Source of the DNA: Alphaproteobacteria bacterium
GTDB lineage: Bacteria > Pseudomonadota > Alphaproteobacteria > UBA828
Assembly: GCA_963422645.2 (NCBI GenBank)
Contig: CAXXVO010000007.1
Span: forward strand, 64,001 to 128,000
Length of the DNA stretch: 64,000 bases
Reading direction: 5' to 3'
A model generated the notes under the pieces. The model made no database searches. It was not told where the DNA came from and saw nothing but the letters and a program-made list of their open reading frames with translations. Positions within the stretch are counted from its first letter, which is position 1; the number at the start of each line of letters is the position of its first letter. Of the stretch, positions 48,320 to 58,782 are shown piece after piece. The position numbers and the translations under genes are program-made.

Positions 48320-49060
48320 GTGAGTCTGCTCGAACTCCAGAGCATCACGAAGAGCTTCGGTGCGATTCAGGCCCTGCAGGACGTCGATTTGACCGTCTCC
48401 GCGGGCGAGGCGGTCGGGCTCATGGGCGACAACGGCGCGGGCAAGTCGACGCTGATGAAGATCGTTGCCGGCAACTACCCGCCGACGGCGGGTTCGATCC
48501 GGATCGAAGGACAAGAAGTCCATTTCCACAAGCCGATCGATGCACGCGAGAACGGGATCGAGATCGTCTATCAGGACCTCGCGCTCTGCGACAACCTCAC
48601 AGCCGCTGCGAATGTGTTCCTGGGTCGCGAGCGGAAGAAGCGGTTCGGACCCTTCCGCTATCTCGACCACCAGGCCATGTTCCGGCGCGCGGGCCAGCTG
48701 TTCACCGAACTCAAGTCCGAGACCCGGCCGCGGGACCTCGTGCGCCAGATGTCGGGCGGGCAGCGCCAGGCGGTTGCGATCGCGCGCACCCGCCTCTCGG
48801 ACCCCAAACTCGTGCTGATGGATGAGCCGACGGCGGCGATATCGGTACGTCAGGTCGCGGAAGTCCTGGCGCTGATCGAACGCCTGAAGGAAACCAGCCA
48901 CGCCGTTGTCCTCGTCTCGCACAGAATGCCGGACGTGTTTGCGGTGTGCGACCGGGTCGCCGTGTTGCGGCGCGGCAGGAAGGTCTCGGACAAGGCGATT
49001 GTGGACACGAGCCCCGAAGAGGTGACGGGCCTGATTACGGGGGCGATCGAGACGGCATGA
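48320..49060 (+). CDS. Sugar ABC transporter ATPase
   Basis: GDNGAGKST, VYQDLAL, MSGGQRQ, DEPTAA. Confidence 0.93.
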   Translation: MSLLELQSITKSFGAIQALQDVDLTVSAGEAVGLMGDNGAGKSTLMKIVAGNYPPTAGSIRIEGQEVHFHKPIDARENGIEIVYQDLALCDNLTAAANVFLGRERKKRFGPFRYLDHQAMFRRAGQLFTELKSETRPRDLVRQMSGGQRQAVAIARTRLSDPKLVLMDEPTAAISVRQVAEVLALIERLKETSHAVVLVSHRMPDVFAVCDRVAVLRRGRKVSDKAIVDTSPEEVTGLITGAIETA

Positions 49061-50073
49061 CCGAGAAGGGCCGGACATCCTACGCCGAGATCGACGAGAG
49101 CGTCACGCAACGGCAGGAGCTTTCCGGCCTTCAGGCCGCCTTCCGCACGCAGCCATTCTGGGTACTCGTCTCCATCGCCGTGATTGTCGTGGCCATGTCC
49201 TTCGTCTCGGACGTGTTCCTGACCGATCGCAATTTGTTCAATATCACCCGCAACTTTGCCTTTTTCGGGATCATGGCGCTCGGCATGTCCGCGGTGATCT
49301 GCACGGCGGGCATCGATCTGTCGGTCGGCTCCCTGATGGGGCTTACAGGCATCGTCGCCGGCCTGGTGATGCAGGCGGGTTACAGTATCGGCTTGGGTTT
49401 CGTGGCCTGCATGGGCGCGGCGGCGCTCGTCGGCCTCGTGAACGGTGTGCTCATCGCCTATCTGCGATTAGCGCCCTTCGTCGTGACCCTGGGCATGCTG
49501 GCGATGGCGCGGTCGATCGCCATGGTCGTCTCCAACAACAAGATGATCTACAATTTCGGCCCCGATCAGGACCTGTTCGAGTGGATCGGCGGCGAGAGCG
49601 TCTTCGGCGTGCCGAATCCGGTCTGGGTGTTGATTTTCCTGACGATCATCTTCGCGTGGGTCTGGCGCTTTTCGACCTGGGGCCGCTGGGTGATCGCCAT
49701 CGGCGGCAACGCGCAGGCCGCGAAGCTGTCGGGCATTCCCGTGGAGCGCGTCACGGTCTCCGTCTACGTGGTCAGCTCGCTCTGCGCGGGCCTTGCGGCC
49801 TTCCTCATGGTCGGCTGGTTCGGCTCGGTGACGAACGCCCTCGGCTTGACCTACGAGCTCAACGTGATCGCCGCATCGGTCATCGGCGGCGCCAACCTCA
49901 TGGGCGGGGTCGTCTTTGCCATCGGCGCGCCGATCGGGGCGGGGCTGATGGAGCTCATCCGAAACTCACTGCTCCTTGCAGGCATCGACGCTCTGTGGCA
50001 ACAGTTCTTTGTCGGCCTGTTTTTGATCCTGGCCGTTCTTCTGGAGCAAATCCGAAACCGGAGGCGGAACTGA
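49057..50073 (+). CDS. Sugar ABC transporter permease (RbsC-like)
   Basis: GIDLSVGS, PFVVTLG, AIGGN..AA.LSGI, YELNVIAA.VIGG. Confidence 0.93.
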   Translation: MTEKGRTSYAEIDESVTQRQELSGLQAAFRTQPFWVLVSIAVIVVAMSFVSDVFLTDRNLFNITRNFAFFGIMALGMSAVICTAGIDLSVGSLMGLTGIVAGLVMQAGYSIGLGFVACMGAAALVGLVNGVLIAYLRLAPFVVTLGMLAMARSIAMVVSNNKMIYNFGPDQDLFEWIGGESVFGVPNPVWVLIFLTIIFAWVWRFSTWGRWVIAIGGNAQAAKLSGIPVERVTVSVYVVSSLCAGLAAFLMVGWFGSVTNALGLTYELNVIAASVIGGANLMGGVVFAIGAPIGAGLMELIRNSLLLAGIDALWQQFFVGLFLILAVLLEQIRNRRRN

Positions 50074-50111
50074 CGCCGCCTTCACAATCTCGACCTGATG
50101 GGAGACAACTC

Positions 50112-51101
50112 ATGAAGAAGCTTGTGCTTGCCGCTGCGGTTGCGGCGTTTGTCGCGCCGGGCATCGTCCAGGCGGCGGACTACACCTTCGCACTGGTGCC
50201 GAAGGCAATGAACAATCCCTTTTTCGACCTCGCCCGGGACGGCTGCTACAAGGCGCAGGAAGAGCTCGCGGACGTGACCTGCGAATATATCGGCCCTGGC
50301 GAGCATACCGAGATGGAGCAGATCCAGATCGTTCAGGACCTCATTTCCAAGGGTGTCGACGGCATCGCGGTGGCGCCTTCCAACGCGCCGGCAATGGCCA
50401 AGGCGCTGAGAGCCGCGCAGGACGCCGGTATTCCGGTGATGACCTGGGACTCGGACCTGCTGCCCGAGGATGCCGCTCTCCGCACCACGTACGTGGGCAC
50501 CTACAACTATGATATCGGCGTTAACCTCGCCAAGCTCGCCATGGCGCGCCATGCCGACGGCGGCACAGTCTGCCTGCAGACCGGCGGCGCGGCGGCGGCC
50601 AACCACAATGAGCGCCTGAAAGGCGCTCGCGACACGCTTGCCGGCGCGGACACCGGCACGCCTCCAGGCGCGGCTCTCGACGGCGAGAACGGCTGGACCG
50701 AGATCTCCAGCTGTCCGCTCATCACCAATGATGACGGCAATGTCGCCGTGCAGGGCATGACCGATATTCTGGCCGCCAATCCGGACCTGACTGTGTTTCT
50801 CTCCACCGGCGCCTTTACCCAGTGGTACGACAATGCCTACCGTCAGGCCGTGGAGCCCTACGCGGGCCGCCTGGCCGACGGTTCGCTCACCATCGTCGTC
50901 GCCGACACGCTGCCGATGCAGATGGAGCAATTGGCCGAGGGCCTGGCGAACGGCAATGTCGGTCAGCGGCCCTTCGAGATGGGCTACATGTCCATGCATA
51001 TCCTGAAGGATATCGTCGAGGGCAAGCAGGTCGACGACCCGATCTATACCGGCCTCGATGTCTGCGACAACGAAAACCACGCCAGTTGCCTGGCCATGTA
51101 G
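50112..51101 (+). CDS. Sugar ABC substrate-binding protein
   Basis: Sec signal peptide; VPKAMNNPFF, GVDGIAVAP, GQRPFEMG. Confidence 0.92.
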   Translation: MKKLVLAAAVAAFVAPGIVQAADYTFALVPKAMNNPFFDLARDGCYKAQEELADVTCEYIGPGEHTEMEQIQIVQDLISKGVDGIAVAPSNAPAMAKALRAAQDAGIPVMTWDSDLLPEDAALRTTYVGTYNYDIGVNLAKLAMARHADGGTVCLQTGGAAAANHNERLKGARDTLAGADTGTPPGAALDGENGWTEISSCPLITNDDGNVAVQGMTDILAANPDLTVFLSTGAFTQWYDNAYRQAVEPYAGRLADGSLTIVVADTLPMQMEQLAEGLANGNVGQRPFEMGYMSMHILKDIVEGKQVDDPIYTGLDVCDNENHASCLAM

Positions 51102-51123
51102 CAACCGCTCTTTGACCAAATTG

Positions 51124-51154
51124 ACCGGCCCCCGGCAGCAAGCCGGGGGCCGGT
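51124..51154 (+). terminator. GC-rich hairpin (terminator or mRNA-stabilising stem)
   Basis: ACCGGCCCCCGGC-AGCAA-GCCGGGGGCCGGT. Confidence 0.7.
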
Positions 51155-51223
51155 GTCGTTTCGGCGCTGCCGCGCGGTGACCGCACGCTGCGCACATGCG
51201 CGCTCAGACAGGATACGCAGACA

Positions 51224-52183
51224 ATGAAACTCGGATTCGTCTCCGACAGCCTCGGCGCAATGACCTTCGAGCAGCTCCTGGACACGGCCGCGTGGCTCGG
51301 CGTCTCCGGCATTGAGGTCAACACCGGCGGCTGGTCGACCGCGCCGCACTTCGATCTCGCGGTGATGAAGCAGAGCGCGGCGGCGCGCCAAGCCTTCCTC
51401 GTGGCGTTCGAGGCGCGCGGGCTCGAGGTCATCGCCCTCAACGCCAACGGCAACCCGGTGCATCCGACGCAACCGGAGCAGGGCGCGTGCCTGAAGGACA
51501 CGATCCGCGTCGCGGGCGAGATGGGCGTGCGCACCGTGTGCACCATGTCGGGCCTGCCCGCAGGGTGCGCCGGCGACACCATGCCGAACTGGGTCGTCGC
51601 CTCCTGGCCGCCGGAGACCCAGGCGATCCTTCGCTATCAGTGGGAGGACGTGCTGTTCCCCTTCTGGGCCGAGACGGCGGCACTTGCCCGGGAGAGCGGG
51701 GTCGAACGGATCGCCCTGGAGCTCCACGGCAGCCAGTGCGTTTACAACGTCCCGTCTCTGTTGAAACTGCGCGCCGAAGTGGGGCCGATCGTCGGCGCGA
51801 ACCTGGACCCCTCACATCTGTTCTGGATGGGCGCAGACCCGCTGGTCGCTGCCGAGGCGCTGGGCGAGGCGGTCTACCACGTTCACGCCAAGGACACCCT
51901 GCTCAACCCGCCGGTTCAGGCGACGACCTCGCTGCTCGAGAACGGGAGCCTGATTGACATCCCCGCCCGCAGCTGGTCCTACATCACACTCGGGTTCGGG
52001 CATGGCGAAGAGTGGTGGCGCCAGTTCTGCTATCGCCTGACGATGGCGGGCTACGACGGCTGGCTCTCGATCGAGCACGAGGACGTGCTGCTGAACTCGC
52101 TGGAAGGGCTCGAAAAATCGGTGGCGCTTCTGAAGGGCGTCATGCCGACCGCGCCGAGCGACTTCGAGCCGCAGGCGATCTGA
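51224..52183 (+). CDS. Sugar-phosphate isomerase/epimerase (xylose-isomerase-like TIM barrel)
   Basis: ALELHG, NLDPSH, HVHAKD and LSIEHED metal-ligand motifs. Confidence 0.88.
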   Translation: MKLGFVSDSLGAMTFEQLLDTAAWLGVSGIEVNTGGWSTAPHFDLAVMKQSAAARQAFLVAFEARGLEVIALNANGNPVHPTQPEQGACLKDTIRVAGEMGVRTVCTMSGLPAGCAGDTMPNWVVASWPPETQAILRYQWEDVLFPFWAETAALARESGVERIALELHGSQCVYNVPSLLKLRAEVGPIVGANLDPSHLFWMGADPLVAAEALGEAVYHVHAKDTLLNPPVQATTSLLENGSLIDIPARSWSYITLGFGHGEEWWRQFCYRLTMAGYDGWLSIEHEDVLLNSLEGLEKSVALLKGVMPTAPSDFEPQAI

Positions 52184-52213
52184 TCCGCCCCCAGTCCGCG
52201 TTCCTCGCCACGG

Positions 52214-53026
52214 TCACGAGCCTGAGTCGCGCTCGATGATCCAGTCGTGGTCGGGATGGTTCCGGAAGCGCCACTGGCGCTTGGGGCCGGCCATGACGTT
52301 CAGGTAGTACATATCGTAGCCGTAGGGCGCGCCGCAGGGGTGGTGGCCGCGCGGGACGATGACCGTATCGCCGTCGGAGACGGTCATGGTCTCGTCCAGC
52401 GCGCCGTCCTCGGTGAAGACCCGCTGGACGCCGAAGCCCTGGGGCGGGTCGATACGGTGGTAATAGGTCTCCTCCAGGTAGGTCATCTCATCGCCCTCGT
52501 CGGCATCGTGGCGGTGCGGCGGGTAGCTCGACCAGTGGCCCTGGGGCGTGTACACCTCGGTGATCAGCAGACTGTCGGCGACATCGGCGTCGTCCATGGC
52601 GATGGGATGGATGTAGCGCGTGTTGGCGCCCTTGCCGCGTTCCAGCAGCGGGATATCCGCCGGGTCGATGGCGGCGGCGGCATGGCCGCCCGCGCCCGGC
52701 GCCGAGCAGACCGCGATGGTGCAGTCCGTCTCCGCCCGCGCCGACCAGGAGGTCCCGTTGGGAACGTAGACCGCATGGGGCTTCACGCGCTCGAAGACAT
52801 TCATGCGCGCACCCTGCACACCAAAATCCGCCTCGGGCGTCGCCAGATGGGCCTTGCCCTCGACCATGACCAGGATGACTTCGCGAGCGCCGGTTTCCTC
52901 GCCGGCCCTCTCCCCGGCCTTGAGCGCGTAGACGGCGAAGCCGACGTAACGCCAGCCGGCGTCTTCGGGCGTGATGTCGATGATCTTGCCTGTCGAGCCC
53001 GAAGGCTTCCGTAGAAGGTCGCTCAC
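52214..53026 (-). CDS. iolB: 5-deoxy-glucuronate isomerase IolB
   Basis: AGWRYVGF, WSSYPPHRHD, YLEETYYH, YYLNVMAGP. Confidence 0.95.
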   Translation of the reverse strand: MSDLLRKPSGSTGKIIDITPEDAGWRYVGFAVYALKAGERAGEETGAREVILVMVEGKAHLATPEADFGVQGARMNVFERVKPHAVYVPNGTSWSARAETDCTIAVCSAPGAGGHAAAAIDPADIPLLERGKGANTRYIHPIAMDDADVADSLLITEVYTPQGHWSSYPPHRHDADEGDEMTYLEETYYHRIDPPQGFGVQRVFTEDGALDETMTVSDGDTVIVPRGHHPCGAPYGYDMYYLNVMAGPKRQWRFRNHPDHDWIIERDSGS

Positions 53027-53045
53027 GTTCCGGTCTCCTCGTTTC

Positions 53046-54944
53046 CTACCGTGCGCATGCCTCGTCCCAGGCCGTGCACAGCCGGGCGAAGTTGTCGGCC
53101 ATTCGCGTTGTCGCCTCGTCGTCGGTCATGGTGCCGGCCATCCAGCCCCGGGCGACATCGGCGAAGATGGTGCGGCCGATCGCAAAACCCTTCACCAGGT
53201 CGTGCCTGGCCGCGACGCGGAAGCTCGCGTGCAGCTCGTCGGCCGGCGCGTCCAGGCCGAGCACCAGTATGCCCCGGCATTGGGGGTCGTGGGTATCGAT
53301 GGCGTCGCAGGTCGAACGCCAGGCGGCATCCGAGATCATCGGCTCCAGCTTCCACCAGTCGGGATAGACGCCGATGGCATAGAAGCGCTCGACGATGGCG
53401 GCGGTCATCGCCTGGTCGGTCGGTCCGAACTTCGACGGAATGACCTCGAGGAGGAAATCGAGATCATTGGCGCGCGCCGCTTCGGCCAGCCGCTTGACCG
53501 TGGTCTCCTGTCGAGCGCAAAGGTCGGCGGAATCGTCTGAACGGTAGAAGCACAATGCCTTCACCACGTGCTCCGACGGCCATTCCGCCAGGCCTGAGCC
53601 GAAGTCGTCGCCAATCTCGACCTCCAGCGGCCGCGATCCCGGCTTCTCGACCGGGCGTCCGATCCAGAGGCCCGTCCCCACCGCGGCATAGAGCGCATCG
53701 CGGCCCAGGCGGCCGTCACAGAGGATGCCGTAGCCCGCGCGCCCGTCCGCGACCCTGAGCGCCGCATCCAGGCAGAGGCGCTTGAAAGGGCCGATGCGCT
53801 CCGGCGGCGCACCGCAGCCGGTCGCCATCTCTTCGAGCTGCGCGCGGTGGTCGAAGGCGAAGACGCGGAGGCTGGGCCAACATCTCGCCCGGTTGGTGGA
53901 CCAGTGGATTTGCTCCAAGCGCGTATCGTGGCGCACGGCGGGCGTCGATGGGCCGATGTCCAGGAAATGCTCCAGTTCGACGGCGCTGGGGTAGGACGGC
54001 GTGCAGCCGTGACGCGAGACGGCGAGCGCGCCGCAGGCATTGGCGATGCGGAGCGTCTCGGCCCAGTCCTCGCCGGAGAGCCACCCCTTCAGGAGGCCCG
54101 CCATGAAGCCGTCGCCGGCGCCCAGCACGTTGAACACGTCGACCTGGAAGGTTTCGCCGCTGATCCCCTCGTCGAGGCTCGGCGGGATCGGCCCCTCGAA
54201 CGCGGTGGCCCCGGCGGCGCCCCGCTTGCAGACCAAGGCTGCCTCGGTCACCTCGCGGACGTTGGCGAGCGCCTCGCGCGTGTCGGTCGCACCGCCCGCG
54301 ATGTGAAACTCCTCCTCCGTTCCGACGATCACGTCGAAACGGTCCAGGATCCCTTGCAGCTTGGCCGTGACGGTCCCCGATTCGATGAAGCGGCTCTCAC
54401 CTGCGCCGTGCCCCGCTAGGCCCCAGAGATTGGGACGGTAATCGACGTCGAGGATCGTCTTCGCACCCTCAGTGCGGGCGAGATCGACCGCCTTGAGCGT
54501 CGCGGCTTCGGTCTGCGGGTGCGAGACGTGGGTGCCGGAGGCGAGCACGCAGCGGGCCTCGGCGATGAAGTCGGGATCGACGTCTTCGGGCGTGAGCCCC
54601 ATGTCAGCGCAGTTCTCGCGGTAGAAGATGAGCGGGAACTGCTCCTGATCGCGAATGCCGAGCAGGACCAGCGCGGTCAGGCGTTCCGGGTCGGTGACGA
54701 CGCCGCGCACATCGACCCCTTCGGCCCGCAACTGCTCGCGGATGAAGCGGCCCATGTGCTCGTCGCCCACGCGCGTGATGACGGCCGACTTCATGCCGAG
54801 CCGCGCGGCGCCGGCTGCCGTGTTGGTGGGCGAGCCGCCGATGTACTTGTGGAAGGTCCGCATGTCCTCGAGGCGGCCGCCGACCTGGCCGCCATAGAGG
54901 TCGACCGACGAACGACCGATGGAAATGAAATCCAGAGGCCGCAT
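53046..54944 (-). CDS. iolC: 5-dehydro-2-deoxygluconokinase IolC fused to a C-terminal DUF2090 aldolase domain
   Basis: GRSSVDLYG.Q.GGRLED, NVLGAGD, FAFDHR, PDWWKLEP, GFAIGRTIF. Confidence 0.95.
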   Translation of the reverse strand: MRPLDFISIGRSSVDLYGGQVGGRLEDMRTFHKYIGGSPTNTAAGAARLGMKSAVITRVGDEHMGRFIREQLRAEGVDVRGVVTDPERLTALVLLGIRDQEQFPLIFYRENCADMGLTPEDVDPDFIAEARCVLASGTHVSHPQTEAATLKAVDLARTEGAKTILDVDYRPNLWGLAGHGAGESRFIESGTVTAKLQGILDRFDVIVGTEEEFHIAGGATDTREALANVREVTEAALVCKRGAAGATAFEGPIPPSLDEGISGETFQVDVFNVLGAGDGFMAGLLKGWLSGEDWAETLRIANACGALAVSRHGCTPSYPSAVELEHFLDIGPSTPAVRHDTRLEQIHWSTNRARCWPSLRVFAFDHRAQLEEMATGCGAPPERIGPFKRLCLDAALRVADGRAGYGILCDGRLGRDALYAAVGTGLWIGRPVEKPGSRPLEVEIGDDFGSGLAEWPSEHVVKALCFYRSDDSADLCARQETTVKRLAEAARANDLDFLLEVIPSKFGPTDQAMTAAIVERFYAIGVYPDWWKLEPMISDAAWRSTCDAIDTHDPQCRGILVLGLDAPADELHASFRVAARHDLVKGFAIGRTIFADVARGWMAGTMTDDEATTRMADNFARLCTAWDEACAR

Positions 54945-55195
54945 CACGGGATTCCGCCGAGGGACTCCTCGAGCTTCGTCAGATCGCGCCCGCGCGCCGT
55001 CGAGTCTTGCACGTCCTTGGGCTTGTTCATGCCACCATTTAGCACCGTGAGCCGGCCGCTGACCATCATGGCATGGCGGCGCCGGGCGCTTGGGTCAGCG
55101 GAGTTAGACCGGGCCTGAGCGACCGCCCTCACTGCTGCAAGGGCTCCGTGCTCCTCTCGGTGTCCAGCCGCTCGTAGCGGAGGGCCTAAACACGA

Positions 55196-55229
55196 CCGGC
55201 GCCGCGCATCGGGCCATGCGCGGCGCCGG
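55196..55229 (-). terminator. 14-bp hairpin downstream of the binding-protein gene
   Basis: CCGGCGCCGCGCAT-N6-ATGCGCGGCGCCGG. Confidence 0.6.
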
Positions 55230-55274
55230 GATAACGTCCGGCCGGCGGCAGAGGCGCCGCCGGCCGCACCGAGC

Positions 55275-56387
55275 CTAAAACTTGAGGCCGAGCTCCTCGG
55301 AGCGTGCGAACGCGACGTCCGTGCGCCAACTGAAGAGCTCGAGGTTCTCCTGCGTGACGACGGCCGTGCCCGTGTTCATGATCGGAGGCAGGTTGCCCCG
55401 TTCGAGCCGGGCCCAGCCCACCGCGCCGGCGAGGTAGCCCTGGTTGTAGAGCTCCTGCTCGACGGCGAAGGCGATATAGCCCCTCTCGATACCCTCATTG
55501 ATGTCGGGGCCCGTATCGGGACCGGCGACGGGGATCTCGCCGGGTTCCTTGCCGGCCTGCTCGAGCATGCGGAACGCCGCGACCATGCTGGTATAGCCGC
55601 TTGCGGTGAACGCCGCGAGGTCGTCACCCAGACGACGCATGACGGCCGAATAGAGCGGCACCGACTGCGCCATGTCGTGCGCGAAGTCCGCGAACTCCTC
55701 GACCTCGAAGGTCGTGCCCTGGCTGTCGTTGAACTCCTGAGCGGCATCCGCGACCCCACGCCTGCGATCCTCGAGCACGGCGTGGCCTGGCTCGGTGTTG
55801 CCGAACATCAGCGTGCCGCCGGTGCGGCCCTTCGCGATCAGGTCGGGGATCAGCTTGCGACCGACGATCAGGCCCTGGGCGTGGCCCGAGGCGCCGATGA
55901 AGCCCCAGTTCACGTGACGCGCCTGCACGTCCGCGATGTTCGAATTGTTGATGAGGACCAGGATTCCGGCCTCCTCGGCCTCGACATAGATCGCTTCCAT
56001 CGCAGGATCGATGACGGTGCCGACCAGCACGTCCGGCTTCGCCTGGATGGCGAGCTTGACGCCGTTGACGTTGTCCTCGACGGTCCACGCGCCGCCCGGG
56101 ACGCCGATCTTCTGGTATTCCCAGCCCGCCTGTCCACAGAAGTCCAAGTATCCGACGTCGAGCGGCAGGTTCCACTCCGCCTGGCTGTGGGTCACCCACA
56201 TGATCTTGCGCGGCGGCCCGAGGCCCACCTCGGCCTTTGCCGCGCCCGCGAAGAGAGGCAGCGACGCCCCGCTCAGCGCCGCCGCGCCACCGGCGGCCAT
56301 CATCCCCGCCTTGAGGAGCCCGCGACGGCTGATCCCGTCCTGCGACGTCTCCTCCACCTCGTCAGTCCTGTGCTCGTCCTTATTCAT
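55275..56387 (-). CDS. Sugar ABC substrate-binding protein with Tat signal
   Basis: SRRGLLK; periplasmic sugar-binding features, Q..Y.QGY. Confidence 0.88.
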   Translation of the reverse strand: MNKDEHRTDEVEETSQDGISRRGLLKAGMMAAGGAAALSGASLPLFAGAAKAEVGLGPPRKIMWVTHSQAEWNLPLDVGYLDFCGQAGWEYQKIGVPGGAWTVEDNVNGVKLAIQAKPDVLVGTVIDPAMEAIYVEAEEAGILVLINNSNIADVQARHVNWGFIGASGHAQGLIVGRKLIPDLIAKGRTGGTLMFGNTEPGHAVLEDRRRGVADAAQEFNDSQGTTFEVEEFADFAHDMAQSVPLYSAVMRRLGDDLAAFTASGYTSMVAAFRMLEQAGKEPGEIPVAGPDTGPDINEGIERGYIAFAVEQELYNQGYLAGAVGWARLERGNLPPIMNTGTAVVTQENLELFSWRTDVAFARSEELGLKF

Positions 56388-56456
56388 GGGATTTTCTCCT
56401 CCTCTGTTGCCGGCTGACCCGGCGGTTCGACAACTCTCGACCTACGAAGCCCGTCG

Positions 56457-57566
56457 TCACCGGCCCCCGTTGCCTGGAGGTTCCTCCTCGGTCTCTGCCG
56501 CGGCGGCCGCGAACGCTGCCTGTGCGGCCCGTTCGCCCGTGCGCCGCATTGCAGCATCGAGGACGCCGGCGAACACCACGATGAAGCCCGTGGCGAGCAG
56601 GCTGGCGGCCGGCGGGTAGCCCATCAGGACCAGCCCGTTGGTCACCATGCCCAGAATCGCGGTCCCCACCAGCGTGCCGTATATGCTTCCTTCGCCGCCC
56701 GTGAGCGCGGTCCCGCCGATCAGCACCGCGCCGATGACCTGCAGCTCGAAGGCGAGGCCCGTGGTCGGCGTCGCCGTCTTCAGCCAGGCCGCCTGCAGCA
56801 CGGCGATGAGCCCGCACGAGAGCCCCACGAGGACGAAGGTTATGAACTTGATGCGCCGGGTTGGGATGCCGCTCTCCCGCGCCGCGAGCTCGTTGCCCCC
56901 GGTCGCGAAGAGCCAGTAGCCGAACCTGGAATAGCGAAGGACGACGACTCCCACCACCAGGACGGCCACGAACCAGATGGCCTGGGCGGGAATGCCAAAC
57001 GGGGCTCCGCCGCCAAGCGGGTAGAGGCTCGAATCGGCGCCGCGCGAAAAGGAGATGGGGAAGCTGCCCGACACGTAGTGCGCCGCACCGCGCAGGGCGC
57101 TCAGCATGCCGAGCGTCACCACGAAGGCGCGCACGCCGACGTAGACGGTGACGACACCGTTGATGGCGCCCACGAGGGCGCCGAAGAGCAGCGTGAGCCC
57201 GGCTGCAATCCACGGATCGAGGCCGGCGGAGGCGATCAGCCACGCCATGACGATCGTCCCGAAGCCGTAGATCGAGCCGACCGACAGGTCGAGCTCGCCG
57301 GCGATCAGAAGATAGGTCCACGTCACCGCGACGATGCCGATGAAGGCCGAGGCGCGGACGATGTCGATGATGTTCCCCCAGCTCGCGAAGTTATTGGCGG
57401 AAAACGAGAAAAATACGAAGAGGGCGATCGCCACCACCGTCATCGCCACTTGCCGCGTGAGGAGAGCACCGCGGATCGTCTCGATGCGCTGGGCCGACCG
57501 GGCTTCCGCCGCCGCCCGCGTGACGGCGTCAGCCGCCTGGTCTTCCATCGATGGAGGGGTCGCCAC
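56457..57566 (-). CDS. Sugar ABC transporter permease
   Basis: GELDLSVGS, FVVTLG, ATGGN..AA..SGI, ELQVI.AVLIGG..L.GG.GS. Confidence 0.92.
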   Translation of the reverse strand: MATPPSMEDQAADAVTRAAAEARSAQRIETIRGALLTRQVAMTVVAIALFVFFSFSANNFASWGNIIDIVRASAFIGIVAVTWTYLLIAGELDLSVGSIYGFGTIVMAWLIASAGLDPWIAAGLTLLFGALVGAINGVVTVYVGVRAFVVTLGMLSALRGAAHYVSGSFPISFSRGADSSLYPLGGGAPFGIPAQAIWFVAVLVVGVVVLRYSRFGYWLFATGGNELAARESGIPTRRIKFITFVLVGLSCGLIAVLQAAWLKTATPTTGLAFELQVIGAVLIGGTALTGGEGSIYGTLVGTAILGMVTNGLVLMGYPPAASLLATGFIVVFAGVLDAAMRRTGERAAQAAFAAAAAETEEEPPGNGGR

Positions 57567-57568
57567 GG

Positions 57569-58309
57569 CTACACCGTTCCCGACGTGAGGAGGCTCACGA
57601 CGTCCTGCTTGCTGGTCTCCGCCTTGGTGAGGTCGGCGATCTTCGTGCCGTGCCGAAGGATGACGATCCTGTCGGCGAGATCGAACACCGTCTCCAGGTT
57701 GTGGCTGATGAGCAGAATCGCGTGCTGCTCCTCGCGCATGGTCCTGATGAGCTCCATCACACGCGCGGCTTCGCGCACCCCGAGGGCGGCGGTCGGCTCG
57801 TCGAAGAGGGTGATCATTCCGCCCTGGAGCCAGGCGCGCGCAACCGCCACCGCCTGGCGCTGGCCGCCCGAGAGTGAGCCGACCTTGGAGCGCACGTCCG
57901 GTAGGCCGACCCGCAGGCGCTCGATGGCCACGCGCGCCTCGCGCACCATGCGCGGGCGGTCGACGACAAACATGTAGCGCATCGGCTCCTGGCCCAGGAA
58001 CATGTTGTTGGCCACGTCGCGCTGGTTCACCAGGGCGAGATCCTGGAACACCGTCGAGATGCCGAGCTGCAGGGCGTGGTTCGGCGAGTCGATGCTGACG
58101 CGGCGGCCCTCCACCAGCACCTCGCCCTGGTCCGCGTGGTGGACGCCGCAGAGGATCTTCACTAGCGTCGACTTGCCCGCCCCGTTGTCCCCGACCAGCG
58201 CCACGATCTCGCCCCGGTGCAGCGACACGTCGACGCCGCGCAGCGCCAGGACGCCGCCGAACCGCTTGACGATCCCCCGCGCCTCGAGAACCGGCTGAGG
58301 ATCGCTCAC
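57569..58309 (-). CDS. Sugar ABC transporter ATPase
   Basis: GDNGAGKST, FQDLAL, LSGGQRQ, DEPTAALG. Confidence 0.92.
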   Translation of the reverse strand: MSDPQPVLEARGIVKRFGGVLALRGVDVSLHRGEIVALVGDNGAGKSTLVKILCGVHHADQGEVLVEGRRVSIDSPNHALQLGISTVFQDLALVNQRDVANNMFLGQEPMRYMFVVDRPRMVREARVAIERLRVGLPDVRSKVGSLSGGQRQAVAVARAWLQGGMITLFDEPTAALGVREAARVMELIRTMREEQHAILLISHNLETVFDLADRIVILRHGTKIADLTKAETSKQDVVSLLTSGTV

Positions 58310-58782
58310 GTCAGCCCCTTCGCGCCGTCGCGAATTGTAGGGAGGCCAATGCGCGAGATTCCGACAAAGAGTTCGTCGAGGCTCGGGTGGCGGGCGAGGA
58401 GGACCCAAATCCGGACGGTCTCACCGGGAATGCAGGCTCGCGCGCCCCGGAGCAGGTACGAGCGGCGGCGCGAGTGCCACGACGTTCGACCGTCGTATTG
58501 GCCATCTGCAGCCTCCCTTGGCCGCGTCGCCCTCCGAGAAGCCAATCGCGTGATGGGCCGCCCGCCGGGTCCGGCGCGGCTCGTTTCAAAGGATACAACA
58601 ACCGAACCGGCGCACAACAGGGGTGTGCCGGAAAGCGCGCGACCATCCAGCTCGACTGACCAGCCTCCGCTTGTTCCTCCGGCCCTGCTCGCCTATGGTG
58701 CGCCGGCGAGAGCGGACAGGGCGGCCGCGCCGGGCATGTGCGGCCGCACGGCGGCGCCGCGCCCCGGCGCCAGGGGCGGTTC

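Noticed and set aside
54944-55132. Short ORF upstream of iolC as a regulator remnant
   Set aside because: Too little sequence to support any family assignment
13910-58780. attR duplicate of the tRNA-Ser 3' end and an integrase
   Set aside because: Neither was found by eye, so the island's right border cannot be fixed
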